The notes under the pieces were generated by a model that worked only from the letters and a program-made list of their open reading frames with translations, was not told the origin of the DNA and did not search any database. The position numbers and the translations under genes are program-made. Source: Polynucleobacter necessarius (GTDB lineage: Bacteria > Pseudomonadota > Gammaproteobacteria > Burkholderiales > Burkholderiaceae). From it: a stretch of 32,000 nucleotides of DNA. The stretch is from the NCBI RefSeq assembly GCF_900095195.1, contig NZ_LT606950.1:847207-879206 (forward strand), read 5' to 3'. Positions within the stretch are counted from its first letter, which is position 1. Each line of letters begins with the position of its first letter. Below are positions 8,266-20,378 of the stretch, piece by piece.

Positions 8266-10439
8266 GCATGCAAGAGTGGCTCAGTGTAGCCATTTGGCTG
8301 TTCAAGTCCTTTGAAAATCAAGTCACCGGCTGCTTTATAGGCAAACGAATCTTGATGGTTTGGCATCATTGGCTTGTACAGAGGATCGCCCGCATTTTGA
8401 CCGTCAACGACTTTGGCCATACGCTGCAATGTCTCATTAACCTGCTCAGGAGTGACGATACCGTGTAATAACCAGTTAGCAATAGTTGACTGGAGATGCG
8501 CAAGGTAGCGCGGTCTTCCATCAATCCCACGTTATGAATATCAGGCACCTTGGAGCAACCAACACCCTGATCAATCCAGCGGACCACATAGCCCAAAATA
8601 CCTTGGCAGTTGTTATCCAACTCCTGCTGAATCTCTTCTTTAGACCAGTTTGACTTCTCAGCCACTGGAATGGTTAACAAGTCATCAACCAACGCTTCTG
8701 CCTCAGCAGCAGTATCGAGCTTCTCCATTTCCTTCTGCAGCTGTGCAACGTTCACTTGATGGTAGTGCAGCGCATGCAATGTAGCGGCAGTTGGTGATGG
8801 TACCCATGCCGTATTCGCGCCTGATTTGGGATGAACAATCTTTTGCTCAACCATGGCTTTCATCATATCTGGCATAGCCCACATGCCTTTACCAATTTGC
8901 GCGCGACCACGCAGACCACAGTCCAGGCCTGCAAATACATTACGACGCTCGTAGGCTGACAACCATTTGCTGGTTTTCTATCACCTTACGAATCATCGGA
9001 CCGGCGTGCATTGAGGTGTGCATCTCATCACCTGTACGATCCAAGAAACCCGTACTAATAAAGGCCACGCGCGCACCTGCAGCAGCAATAGCCGCCTTGA
9101 TGTTGGCGCTCATACGACGCTCTTCATCCATGATGCCCAGTTTTACGGTGTCAGCAGGCAAGCCGAGTAATTTCTCAACGCGACCAAAGAGTTCGGCAGC
9201 AAATGCTACTTCTTCTGGGCTGTGCATCTTTGGCTTCACGATATAAACCGAGCCCTTGCGGGTATTGCCGATCGCTTGGGATGCGGGACGCTTAATGTCA
9301 TACAAGGCGATCAATACGGTGACGACCGCATCCAAAACCCCTTCATAGATTTCCTTGCCTTCGCCAGTAATAATTGCTGGGTTAGTCATCAAGTGACCAA
9401 CGTTACGCAAGAACAAGAGTGAACGACCATGTAAGGGCACGATGCCGTCTTTAGCATTCTCGGCGCCAATACCAGCTTTGTATTGGCGATCCGGATTTAA
9501 AGTACGGGTGAAGTTTTGCCATCCTTGCTAACCTCTTCTACCAAGGTGCCCTTCAAAATACCAAGCCAGTTTTCGTAGGCAACAACTTTGTCATCGGCGT
9601 CAACCGCAGCAATCGAATCTTCCAAATCCAAAATGGTGGGCAGCGCTGCTTCCAAAACGACATCATTGATACCTGCTGGCCCGCTTGCACCAATGGTTTA
9701 CTCTTATCAATTTCAATATCAATATGCACGCCGTTATTGCGTAACAGCACTGAGCTAGGGGCTGAGGCATCACCTTGATAACCAACAAATTGCTTTTCAT
9801 CTGCCAAACCCGTTGTGCTGCCGTCTTTGAGTTTGACTGACAACTTGTTGCCATCCACCGTATAAGCAACAGAATCCTTATGGGACCCCTTAGCTAAAGG
9901 CGCAGCTTGGTCTAAGAAGTTACGCGCATAAGCAACAACCTTTGCGCCACGTACTGGGTTGTAGGCACCAGATTTGGTTGCACCATCTTCTTCAGAAATA
10001 CATCTGTTCCATACAGTGCGTCCTACAAAGAACCCCAACGAGCATTAGCGGCATTTAAAGCATAACGAGCATTGAGCACTGGCACCACCAGCTGTGGGCC
10101 CGCTTGGAGCGCCAATTCATCATCAACGTTTTGCGTGGTTCCAAGAACTTTACCTGGTACAGGATCTAAATAACCAATGTCTTTTAAGAACTTGCGGTAT
10201 GCAGGCATATCCTTGATCGGACCAGGATTGACTTGATGCCATTTATCCAAATCTACTTGAATGCGATCACGCTTAGCTAGCAAAGCGTCATTTTTAGGCG
10301 TTAGGTCTTTAATGATGTCATCAAAGCCTTTCCAAAAATCCGCCTTTTTGATACCAGTTCCTGGAAGAACCTTATCTTCAATGAAACGATACAAAGGGGT
10401 TGCTACTTGAAGGCTATTGCAAGTTGTACGCGCAGTCAT
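8229..10439 (-). pseudogene. glcB: malate synthase G, pseudogene in five or more ORF fragments
   Basis: Fragments at 10023-10439, 9553-10038, 8940-9440, 8366-8962 and 8229-8429 read collinearly as MSG. Matching segments include [150 protein letters not shown] and [17 protein letters not shown]. There is an in-frame TAG at 10023-10025 (SL*DALYGTD) and frameshifts near 9997, 9700, 9440-9553, 8950 and 8440. Confidence 0.92.
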
Positions 10440-10527
10440 GTTGGTGATTTCTTATACAAAAGTTTAAAAATAGGTTGTTAATCATATTTTAGATTTACGC
10501 CTTGAAAGGCTAATCTACTATTTTCCA

Positions 10528-11907
<1,380 letters not shown>

Positions 11908-11924
11908 TTAATTGCGTTGCAGGT

Positions 11925-13085
11925 TTATTTCTTTTTCACTTCCCAAGAGTTACCCTGCTTTACTAACTCACGATCGCATTCGTACTCAGCCGCTTCGACG
12001 AACTCGCCTGCTGGTACCTGAATGACCACTTCCCCACGACTACGCAAATCAGCAATCACTTTCTCCAAAGTGGCATCTTGCAGCCATGGCGCAAGAATGG
12101 CGAACTTACGCATGTTTAAAGAAGACAGGCCTGCCAAGGTCAGTAAATCGAGCGAGAATCCCGTTGCTGGACGTGAACGGCCAAAAGCCTGCCCCACTTG
12201 GTCATAGCGACCACCCCGAGCAATCGGCTGAGGAAGACCATCCACGTATGCCGCAAACACCAAACCACTGTGATACTGATAGCCACGCAGATCCGCTAGA
12301 TCAATACTCAATTCGAGTCCGGCATTGGAGTTGGCAGCAGACACGATGCGCTCTAAATCCGCTAATGCTTGATCGATTGCAGCATGCTTTGGCAATACTT
12401 TGTTCGCTTGGGCCAATGCTTCGGAGCAAGGACCATTGAGCTCAGTCAAAGCCAGCAAGGCTTGTGCAACTGGGGCAGGCAAGCATGTTGACCATTGTTT
12501 TAAACGGGGACGGTCCTTGCTTTGCAATAAACCGTACAACGATTCGATAGTCTCTTTATCCAATGACTGATTGGCCAATATGCCCGTCAAGATACCGGCA
12601 TGCGATAAATCGAGATAAACTTTTTTTAGCCCCGCCAGTTCGAGCGTTTTCAGAAGCAAGGTAATGGCTTCAAAGTCTGCTTCCCAGTTAGCGCTGCCAT
12701 ATATCTCCGCGCCCAATTGCAATTGCTCACGTGACGAACTGCCTACTGGCGTACGAGCGTGCGCCACTGAACCCGCGTAACAAAGACGCGTCACACCAGC
12801 ACGGTTAAGTAAATGTGCATCAATGCGGGCTACCTGGGGAGTAATGTCCGCACATAAACCTAACGTACGGCCAGAGAGTTGATCGACCAACTTAAAGGTC
12901 TCGAGATTGAGATCAGAACCAGTGCCGGTTAAAAGTGAATCTAAGAACTCTAGGATTGGGGGGGAAACCAATTCATAGCCATATGACTGATATAAATCCA
13001 GAATCGCACGACGCAAAGTCTCCACCTTACGCGCTTGCGCTGGCAATACATCGGCAATGTCTTCAGGAAGTAACCAACGATTCAT
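11925..13085 (-). CDS. hisZ: ATP phosphoribosyltransferase regulatory subunit HisZ
   Basis: 386-aa HisRS paralogue (WLLPEDIADVLP, YGYELVSPPILEFLDSL, RLCYAGSV, GGRYD) in the conserved position next to purA and hflC. Confidence 0.9.
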   Translation of the reverse strand: MNRWLLPEDIADVLPAQARKVETLRRAILDLYQSYGYELVSPPILEFLDSLLTGTGSDLNLETFKLVDQLSGRTLGLCADITPQVARIDAHLLNRAGVTRLCYAGSVAHARTPVGSSSREQLQLGAEIYGSANWEADFEAITLLLKTLELAGLKKVYLDLSHAGILTGILANQSLDKETIESLYGLLQSKDRPRLKQWSTCLPAPVAQALLALTELNGPCSEALAQANKVLPKHAAIDQALADLERIVSAANSNAGLELSIDLADLRGYQYHSGLVFAAYVDGLPQPIARGGRYDQVGQAFGRSRPATGFSLDLLTLAGLSSLNMRKFAILAPWLQDATLEKVIADLRSRGEVVIQVPAGEFVEAAEYECDRELVKQGNSWEVKKK

Positions 13086-13117
13086 GATGTTTAATTATTC
13101 GCTTTCGTATTTCGTGA

Positions 13118-13987
13118 TTACTTCTTGTGCATGAACTTGAAGAAATCGCCATTCGGTTCGACCACCATCACGTCTTTCTTATCTTTGAAAGAGTTGCGAT
13201 AAGCCATCAACCGTTGGTAAAACTCCGCAAACTGAGGATCACGGCCAAATGCTTCGCCATATAGGCTGGTCGCCTTGGCATCCCCTGCACCCTTGATTTT
13301 CTGGGCATCCCGATAGGCTTCCGCCAAAATGGTATCGCGTTGACGCTCTGCATTTGCACGAATCTTGTCGGATTCTGCCGCGCCAGTAGAGCGCAATTCA
13401 TTCGCAACACGTTTGCGCTCTGCTTCCATGCGGCGATACACCGAATCACTGATCTCCGCCAAGAGATCAACACGCTTTAAGCGCACATCGACAATTTCTA
13501 CACCAATATCAGAAGCATCATCCGCTACTTTCTTCCGAATACCTTGCATAACCTGCTCACGTTGATCGGAAATCAATTCGCGCACCGTCCGTTTCGTGAA
13601 CTCTTCGTTCAAAGCAGAACGGACCAGTTGGGCTAAGCGATCCTGCGCCAAACGCTCGTCGCCTTTAAAGCTAATGAAGAACTTACGGGGGTCAACAATG
13701 CGCCATTTCACATAAGAATCCACGAGAAGATTCTTCTTTTCAGCAGTAATAAAGCGCTCTGCTTCAGGATTGTCAATTGTCAAAATGCGGCGGCCAAAGA
13801 AGCGCACGCTCTCAAATGGGCTGGGGTACTTGACCTGCAAGCCTGGTTGCTCAATAACCCGCACGATCTGGCCAAACGAGAAGACCACTGCAAACTTCCG
13901 TTGGTCAACGACAAAAATACTCGATGAAAGCACGTAGATGAGTGCAATAAATGCAATACCAGCAGCGATGAGACGATTAGCATTCAT
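13118..13987 (-). CDS. hflC: protease modulator HflC (SPFH/band-7)
   Basis: 289-aa ORF with an N-terminal TM helix and an SPFH domain. Its start overlaps the hflK stop (TAATG). Confidence 0.92.
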   Translation of the reverse strand: MNANRLIAAGIAFIALIYVLSSSIFVVDQRKFAVVFSFGQIVRVIEQPGLQVKYPSPFESVRFFGRRILTIDNPEAERFITAEKKNLLVDSYVKWRIVDPRKFFISFKGDERLAQDRLAQLVRSALNEEFTKRTVRELISDQREQVMQGIRKKVADDASDIGVEIVDVRLKRVDLLAEISDSVYRRMEAERKRVANELRSTGAAESDKIRANAERQRDTILAEAYRDAQKIKGAGDAKATSLYGEAFGRDPQFAEFYQRLMAYRNSFKDKKDVMVVEPNGDFFKFMHKK

Positions 13988-15489
13988 TAGCGTGAGTCCC
14001 GATCTCGGTCACGGCTACGCAAGCTATCCCGCTTGTCTGCAACGGGATCATTGGCGTTGCTGAAAGATGTTGTAGGGGATGCAGAGCTACTCGTGCTGGT
14101 TGCACCACCCACCGTAACAGAGCCCGTAGGCGTCGCTGAACTCGCGCCCTGGTTAACTTGTGTGTTTGCCGCTTGCGCACTCTCAGCGCTGACTTGCGCC
14201 ACGATCTTGTCAAGCGGTAGATACAACAAACTATTACTCTTATTGGTATCCACCAATACTTTGGTGACGTTGCTGTAAATCTCGCTCATTGCCTCAACAT
14301 ACATGCGGTCACGAGTCACTTGCGGTGTTTTAGCGTATTCGGCTTGCACTTGTTTAAAGCGCGAGGCATCGCCCTCAGCAGTAGCAATCACGCGGGCCTT
14401 GTAACCTTCAGCCTCCTGAATTAGTCGCGCTGCAGTTCCCTTGGCGCGCGGAATGATGTCGTTTGCATAAGCTTGACCTTCACTCTTGAGGCGTTCTTGG
14501 TCTTGGCCAGCTTTTACCGCATCATCAAATGCTGCCTGTACTTGCTCTGGTGGTTGTATGTTTTGAACAGTCACGCTGGTGACGTAAATACCAGTCTTGT
14601 AACTATCCAGAATTTTCTGGATGGAGTTGGCAAGGTCGATACCAATCTTTTCACGACCTTCATACAACACAGTATCCATTTTGCTGCGCGCCACAATCTC
14701 CCGCACCGCAGTTTCTGCCGCTTGAATTACTGCCATATCGGGATCGCGGTTATTAAATAAATAATCGGTAGGATCTTTTAGACGGTATTGCACCGCAAAG
14801 CGCACATCAATAATGTTTTCATCTTCGGTCAACATCGATGAATCTTTTTGATTGGCGGCTTTAATTAATACTGGGCGACCGACTTCTACCGAGCGAACGC
14901 CCGACAAGTTCACCGTCTCTTCAGACTGGATAGGCCAAGGCATACGCCAGTTAATACCTGGCTTCGCGGTGTAGTCGTACTTACCAAAGGTGAGCACCAC
15001 GCCTGCCTGACCTTCTTGAATAATGAAAAAGCCACTGCAAATCCAAATGAATGCAAAGATGCCTAAGCCCAGCAATGGACCACTCTTCGAACTAAATGGA
15101 TTGGTGAAATTGAAATTGGGTGCGCTTGGGCCACCGCCATTACCACCACGTTGCGAAGGAGGCGGAATATCACCAACGTTGGGTTTATTAGAACTTGACC
15201 CTAAATTGGCACCAGGCCTTTTCTTGCCGCCAAAAATTCCGGCAATGCGGTCATTGAAATCACGCCACAACTCATCGAGGTCGGGTGGGCCATCTGGCTT
15301 AGAACCTTGTGATGGAGGTTGGTTCGTAGGCTGACCAGCAGGTGAATTTTGCTCTGGATCTGCTTTTGGAGTTTGATCACTTCCCTGCCCAATTTTGGCA
15401 TCTTTCGATTTGGCATCTTTCGATCCAGTGTTCTGGGTATTGCCCCAGCCTGGATCATTTACCGAAAACAGTTCTAAAAATTTACGCAT
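13987..15489 (-). CDS. hflK: FtsH protease modulator HflK (SPFH/band-7) with long low-complexity termini
   Basis: NDPGWG start region and PPDLDELWRDFNDR, then a TM helix, an SPFH domain and an S/T/A-rich tail. ATG 15489 (MRKFLELF...) is preferred over the ORF-track TTG at 15498. That ATG lies inside the ATGCGTAA overlap with the hflX reading frame. Confidence 0.9.
   Translation of the reverse strand: MRKFLELFSVNDPGWGNTQNTGSKDAKSKDAKIGQGSDQTPKADPEQNSPAGQPTNQPPSQGSKPDGPPDLDELWRDFNDRIAGIFGGKKRPGANLGSSSNKPNVGDIPPPSQRGGNGGGPSAPNFNFTNPFSSKSGPLLGLGIFAFIWICSGFFIIQEGQAGVVLTFGKYDYTAKPGINWRMPWPIQSEETVNLSGVRSVEVGRPVLIKAANQKDSSMLTEDENIIDVRFAVQYRLKDPTDYLFNNRDPDMAVIQAAETAVREIVARSKMDTVLYEGREKIGIDLANSIQKILDSYKTGIYVTSVTVQNIQPPEQVQAAFDDAVKAGQDQERLKSEGQAYANDIIPRAKGTAARLIQEAEGYKARVIATAEGDASRFKQVQAEYAKTPQVTRDRMYVEAMSEIYSNVTKVLVDTNKSNSLLYLPLDKIVAQVSAESAQAANTQVNQGASSATPTGSVTVGGATSTSSSASPTTSFSNANDPVADKRDSLRSRDRDRDSR
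15395..15424. repeat. perfect 15-bp tandem duplication inside hflK
   Basis: ttggcatctttcgat occurs twice back to back (15395-15409 and 15410-15424). It is in frame and encodes SKDAK-SKDAK in the N-terminal low-complexity region. Confidence 0.9.
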
Positions 15490-16724
15490 CGTTCGCAAGG
15501 TAGCTTCGGTTCGGGATCGGATTAAATTCGGATGTTTCTGGTCGCTCTGGTAAAGGGGCTAAAAACTCGTCCGGGGCCAGCAAGGCTTTGGCACGGTTAC
15601 GCTCCTCTCTCATTTTATCAGTCATTTGCAAGCATTCCGCTAAAGTTTCCCTCAATAAATCAAGGCCTCAGCCCGACTGGGCTGACAGGAAAATTGGCTC
15701 AGCAGGCCTTGCTGATCCCGCTCCAAAACAGCCCCTTTGGTAAAGGTTTGAGGCATCAAATCGATCTTATTCGTCACTTCTATCCGCGGAATATCATATC
15801 CGCCCCAATTTCCTCTAAAACGGCCTCCACTTCGGCTTTTTGCTCACGAGCTACTGGGCTACAGGCATCGATCAGATGCAAGATTAGATCCGCATGAATC
15901 GCCTCATCCAGAGTTGCCCGAAATGCCTCCACCAATTGGTGAGGTAACTCGCGTATAAATCCCACTGTATCGGAAACCACGATGGAACCCACACCCTCCA
16001 AATGAACCCTTCTGGAAGAAGTGTCTAAGATTGCGAAAAGTTGATCTGCGGCGTAAGTGCCCGCTTTGGTCAGCGCATTAAACAAAGTCGATTTACCCGC
16101 ATTGGTGTAGCCCACCAAGAAAACTGAAAATACATCTTTGCGATTGCGCGCACGTCGTTGGGTTCGATGTTGACGTTGCAATTTTTCCAATTCGTTTTCG
16201 AGACGCTTAGCTTTGGTTGCCAACATCCGACGATCCAACTCCATCTGTGTCTCACCCGGACCACCGCGCGCACCAATACCACCCCGCTGCCGCTCTAAGT
16301 GACTCCAAGCGCGCACTAAACGCGACATGCGATAACGCACCTGCGCCAATTCCACTTGCGTCTTACCGATGTGGCTTTGCGCACGCTGACTAAAAATATC
16401 CAAAATTAAGCCAGTACGGTCCATCACGTGACGTCCGATATGGCGCTCTAAGTTGCGCTGCTGTGTCGGCGATAAAGGATGATTGAAGATTGCCAGTTCG
16501 GCATCGCGCTCTTCCATGGCGCGCTTGAGTTCATTGGCTTTACCAGAACCGATAAACAAAGCGGGATCGGTTCTGCCCTTGCGGGCAATCACGCTTGCTG
16601 CTGGTATAGAGCCAGCACTATCAGCCAAGAGGCTGAGTTCTGCCATGCTGTCTGCAAAATCCTCGCGCCCAGCATCAACACCAACTAAGACGGCGCGCGC
16701 CGCATCTACACCCGTTTTATACAG
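15482..16724 (-). pseudogene. hflX: GTPase HflX, pseudogene
   Basis: The 288-aa ORF (15780-16646) carries the HflX N-domain and G1 (GYTNAGKST) but ends at EIGADMIFRG*. G4 follows only after a frameshift at ~15792-15797 (DIPRIEVTNKIDL). A second frameshift lies in the A4 run at 15690-15693, and an in-frame TGA at 15668-15670 (FLSAQSG*GLDLLRETL). The restored frame ends at TAA 15482-15484, overlapping the hflK ATG. The conserved N-terminal RAVLVGVD lies upstream of the first ATG, with no ATG/GTG/TTG back to the stop at 16746-16748. Confidence 0.88.
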
Positions 16725-16726
16725 AG

Positions 16727-16963
16727 CTATTCTTCTATACGAAAGTCAATCGCACGAGCAGGGACGATCGTGGAGATTGCGTGTTTGTAAACCATCTGTG
16801 TAACCGTATTTCGCAACAAGACAACATACTGATCAAACGATTCAATATTGCCTTGCAACTTAATCCCGTTCACAAGATAGATCGACACAGGAATGTGCTC
16901 TTTGCGCAAGGCATTGAGAAATGGGTCCTGCAGAAGTTGAATTCTGTTTCCGTTAGCACTCAT
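16727..16963 (-). CDS. hfq: RNA chaperone Hfq
   Basis: 78 aa. [40 protein letters not shown]...[12 protein letters not shown] is the Sm1/Sm2 core. AAGGAG lies 5 nt upstream of the ATG. Confidence 0.96.
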   Translation of the reverse strand: MSANGNRIQLLQDPFLNALRKEHIPVSIYLVNGIKLQGNIESFDQYVVLLRNTVTQMVYKHAISTIVPARAIDFRIEE

Positions 16964-17123
16964 ACTGCTCCTTCATTATTTTTTTGTATTTATTGTTTTC
17001 TTATTGGTTTGATGATTAATCTGTTTTACTGTTTGAAATGCGGACTTCCGAGCACCCTATATTGAGGGTTATTTCATAAAAATCAAGCCCTTGAAGCTCC
17101 AAGACCAGTTGATTATCTAAAAA

Positions 17124-18488
17124 TCAGCGTTTTTTGCCTTTTTTGCCCTTATCAGCATCCACATAGGGGTTTTTGGCGGTATTCATCTGAATCCGCAATG
17201 GGGTGCCGCGCAACTTGAAGACATCCCGAAAACGCCCTTCCAAGTAGCGCTTGTAGCTGTCGGTCACGTCACTTAAAGATGTGCCATGAATTACTACGAT
17301 CGGGGGATTCATACCACCCTGGTGGGCATACCGTAATTTTGGACGACCCATACCAACGCGTTTGGGTTGTTGATGTTCCACTGCTTCTTGCAGGATGCGG
17401 GTCAGGCGCGGTGTTGGCAACTTTGCCATCGCAGCTGCATACGCAGAATCCACATCCTTAAACAATTCTTTTAAGCCGGTACCTTTTTTCGCTGAAATCG
17501 GATGCACGTTTGCAAAGCCCAAGAAACGCAATTTCTGCGCAATCTCTAAGCGTGCGCGTTCTTTGACGTAGGCATCAATGCCGTCCCATTTATTCACGGC
17601 AACAACTAATGCGCGCCCTGCTTCCACAATATTGCCAGCAATATGCGCATCTTGCTCAGAGACATCTTGCTGTGCATCGAGCATCAAAATCACTACATTG
17701 CAATCCGCAATCGCTTGCAAGGTTTTAACGACTGAAAACTTTTCAATAGCTTCAAAGACTTTGCCACGACGACGAAGACCGGCGGTATCAACCAAGATGT
17801 AAGGCTTACCATTGCGCTCAAAGGGCACCTCAATGGCATCGCGGGTGGTGCCTGGCATATCAAAGGCAATCACACGCTCTTCACCAATTAACTTATTAAT
17901 TAACGTGGATTTACCCACGTTCGGACACCCTACTACTGCGATCTTCATGGGGCGATTCGGATCGTTGGCTAACTCCTCTTCATCCGGTTCAGCAATACTG
18001 AGGGAATCTAATGCATCATCGATTAACCCTTTCACACCATCGCCATGTGCCGAAGAAATAAGGAAAGGTTCACCTAAACCCAGCTCGTGAAAGTCTGCCG
18101 TCACAACGCCCGCTTGCATCCCTTCGGTTTTGTTCACAGCCAAAATGACAGGACGTCCAGACTTACGTAAGAAATCCGCAATCACCCGATCTTGCGGTGT
18201 TAAACCCAATCGGCCATCGACTAGGAAAATCACAATATCGGATTCGGCAACCGCCTGTTTCGTTTGCTTAGCCATCTCGGCAACAATGCCGGTTTTAGCA
18301 ACAGGCTCAAAGCCCCCGGTATCTACACAGATGAATGCCCGGTCACCACTACGGCCTCTACCGTAGTGACGATCGCGCGTTAAACCTGAAAAATCGGCGA
18401 CCAAGGCATCGCGTGAGCGAGTTAAACGATTAAAGAGAGTTGACTTACCCACATTGGGGCGGCCAACGATCGTAATGACAGGATTCAT
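17124..18488 (-). CDS. der: ribosome-associated GTPase Der (EngA), two G domains plus KH-like domain
   Basis: [12 protein letters not shown] and a second P-loop, [12 protein letters not shown] (Cys where Arg is usual), plus DTGG/DTAG and NKTE/NKWD. The ATG overlaps the bamB stop (ATGA). Confidence 0.95.
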   Translation of the reverse strand: MNPVITIVGRPNVGKSTLFNRLTRSRDALVADFSGLTRDRHYGRGRSGDRAFICVDTGGFEPVAKTGIVAEMAKQTKQAVAESDIVIFLVDGRLGLTPQDRVIADFLRKSGRPVILAVNKTEGMQAGVVTADFHELGLGEPFLISSAHGDGVKGLIDDALDSLSIAEPDEEELANDPNRPMKIAVVGCPNVGKSTLINKLIGEERVIAFDMPGTTRDAIEVPFERNGKPYILVDTAGLRRRGKVFEAIEKFSVVKTLQAIADCNVVILMLDAQQDVSEQDAHIAGNIVEAGRALVVAVNKWDGIDAYVKERARLEIAQKLRFLGFANVHPISAKKGTGLKELFKDVDSAYAAAMAKLPTPRLTRILQEAVEHQQPKRVGMGRPKLRYAHQGGMNPPIVVIHGTSLSDVTDSYKRYLEGRFRDVFKLRGTPLRIQMNTAKNPYVDADKGKKGKKR

Positions 18489-19630
18489 TTGGGACTATAC
18501 GCTGCGAGTTTGCCACCTTGAGATTGAATCAAGATGAGGCCACCGACTGCAACTGGCGCTGCGGTTACTGGGCTGCTGTCATGACGAATGCGTGCAACCA
18601 ACTCACCATTAGCTTGAGAAAATGCGTGCACATATCCTTGTGCGTCACCCATCAACAGGACTCGACCCACCGCTAGTGGTTCTCCCACATCGCGATAGGT
18701 TAGTTGCATGTTCTCCCAAATTTGGCTGCCGTCTTTGGTGGAAAATGCAGTCACGTGTGACTTTTCATTCGAGGAGAACACCATGTCTCGACTTTGCGCA
18801 GTACCCGTAAAGCTTGAGAAATCCTTGAACCACAACAAGTTACCCGTGCGTGCTTGACCACAGCCAATCCGACCTTGATAGGAAACCGCACACACGATTT
18901 CACCTTCCATACTGGGCTTAGCGGATACGTCATTTAAGCGCTCAATCTCTGAAAAGCCTTTTGGAAATGATACGGGAGTCTCCCAAATCAAACCACCATT
19001 AGCAATAGCGATCATGCCAAAGCGACCGCCTGCAAAACCCGTCACAATCACTTCATTGTTAATGGGCAACATGCCATAGCCAACACGCAATGACAAAGCC
19101 GATTGCTGGCGCTGATAAATCCATTTGCGTACACCGGTCTGCGCATCTAATCCTAGAAAGCGATCGCCCAGCGTGCGAATGACTACGACACCGCCTGCCA
19201 CCACAGGCTCACTTAACACTTCTCCGCCTACATTGACGTTCCAAAGCTGCTTACCAGCATCGTCATAAGCAAACACATTGCCTTTGGTACTCACAACAGC
19301 GGTCACGCGACCATCCGATCCAGGGCCAACCGATAAGCGATCCAGTACAGATACTTCCCAAACCTTATTGCCCGACATCAAATCAACTTTGACGAGATTG
19401 CCACGATGCGATGCTGCATAAACTGCATCGCCGGCAACTACAGGGTCAAAGCTGAAAGTTTCCGAAGAACCCACACTCGTTGACCAGACGGGTTGCAAAT
19501 CAAATTGATTGGTCACCGGCACTAACTCTGCGGGCTTGTGCACACGAGAATTACCAGAGCATGCTACCAAAGCAGTTATCGCTAACCCCAAAAGAAATGC
19601 GCATACGATTCGCTTGAAAATCGGTTTCAC
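18485..19630 (-). CDS. bamB: outer-membrane protein assembly factor BamB (lipoprotein, PQQ-like beta-propeller)
   Basis: GTG 19630 gives [24 protein letters not shown] with lipobox LVAC and overlaps the yfgM stop (GTGA). The ORF-track start at 19720 would lie inside yfgM. The body is repeated beta-propeller blades. Confidence 0.88.
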   Translation of the reverse strand: MKPIFKRIVCAFLLGLAITALVACSGNSRVHKPAELVPVTNQFDLQPVWSTSVGSSETFSFDPVVAGDAVYAASHRGNLVKVDLMSGNKVWEVSVLDRLSVGPGSDGRVTAVVSTKGNVFAYDDAGKQLWNVNVGGEVLSEPVVAGGVVVIRTLGDRFLGLDAQTGVRKWIYQRQQSALSLRVGYGMLPINNEVIVTGFAGGRFGMIAIANGGLIWETPVSFPKGFSEIERLNDVSAKPSMEGEIVCAVSYQGRIGCGQARTGNLLWFKDFSSFTGTAQSRDMVFSSNEKSHVTAFSTKDGSQIWENMQLTYRDVGEPLAVGRVLLMGDAQGYVHAFSQANGELVARIRHDSSPVTAAPVAVGGLILIQSQGGKLAAYSPK

Positions 19631-20286
19631 TGTGCAATACCTCCGACCGCATCCAACTTCACTTTCAGAAGACGGCGCGCCTCTTCCGGAAATTCTTTGG
19701 CTTGATCTAATTTTTTCCAAGCCTCTTGATAACTTGCCTTGGCTTGTTCATTTTTCTTTTGCGCCAAGCACCAATCCCCGCGACGCTCAAGCCACAAGGC
19801 TTCAAACCCGGCAATCGGCTTGTCTTTAAGGATTTGATCGGCTTCTGCAAAATCCTTCTCTGTACCCTGCTCAATCAATTGCGATACCAGTCGGATTTTC
19901 GCTAATGCCAAATAACCATCATTGGATGTATTCTTGGCTGCCCAGCGCAAATAGTCGAGAGCTTTGGTTTGGTCGCCTGCGTCCGAAGCAATCCGCGCGG
20001 CTATCAAACTGGACATTGGTGTGTATGGAGTACGAGCGAAATCTTTTTGCAAATCATCCGCTGCGCGCAAGGTTTGCCCGCGATCGCCTTTCGCAATCGC
20101 AGTCACCATCGTTTCATAAAGCTTGGAGGCCTCTAAGGCTTGACTATTGCGCCACCACTGATAGCCGCTGTAGGCGGCATAGGCAAACAATGTAGCAGTC
20201 ACTACGCCAGTAATGAGGTTGCGATACTTTTGCCAAAACGCTTTAAGTTGGTCTAACTGTTCTTGTTCTTCTAAATCTAATGGCAT
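19627..20286 (-). CDS. YfgM-family TPR membrane protein (ancillary SecYEG-associated)
   Basis: Acidic N-terminus, then LKAFWQKYRNLITGVVTATLFAYAAYSGYQWW (single TM helix) and TPR-like repeats. It holds the conserved position between hisS and bamB. Confidence 0.8.
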   Translation of the reverse strand: MPLDLEEQEQLDQLKAFWQKYRNLITGVVTATLFAYAAYSGYQWWRNSQALEASKLYETMVTAIAKGDRGQTLRAADDLQKDFARTPYTPMSSLIAARIASDAGDQTKALDYLRWAAKNTSNDGYLALAKIRLVSQLIEQGTEKDFAEADQILKDKPIAGFEALWLERRGDWCLAQKKNEQAKASYQEAWKKLDQAKEFPEEARRLLKVKLDAVGGIAQ

Positions 20287-20378
20287 GTCAATCCAAGCTA
20301 TTTAATCAATACTTAATCATCAATATTTACGATTTGCTACCCGCCAACATCCGCATCGATATCGGCAGTTCTGTCATT

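Noticed and set aside
15532-15897. Plus-strand 121-aa ORF
   Set aside because: It is antisense to the C-terminal third of hflX, whose three-frame reconstruction explains the region.
16964-17123. hfq upstream region scanned for a promoter or leader
   Set aside because: It is AT-rich with a possible TTGATT -35, but no convincing -10 lies at proper spacing. Only the SD (AAGGAG) is clear.
19631-19720. Long N-terminal extensions offered by the ORF track (bamB to 19720, hisS to 21800, pcm to 29610, purA to 11880, hflK to 15498)
   Set aside because: The extensions overlap the 3' ends of upstream genes or start at TTG. Shorter starts give canonical N-termini (lipoprotein signal, MTDQNK, MSSKQQ, MRKFLELF) and typical 1-8 nt overlaps.
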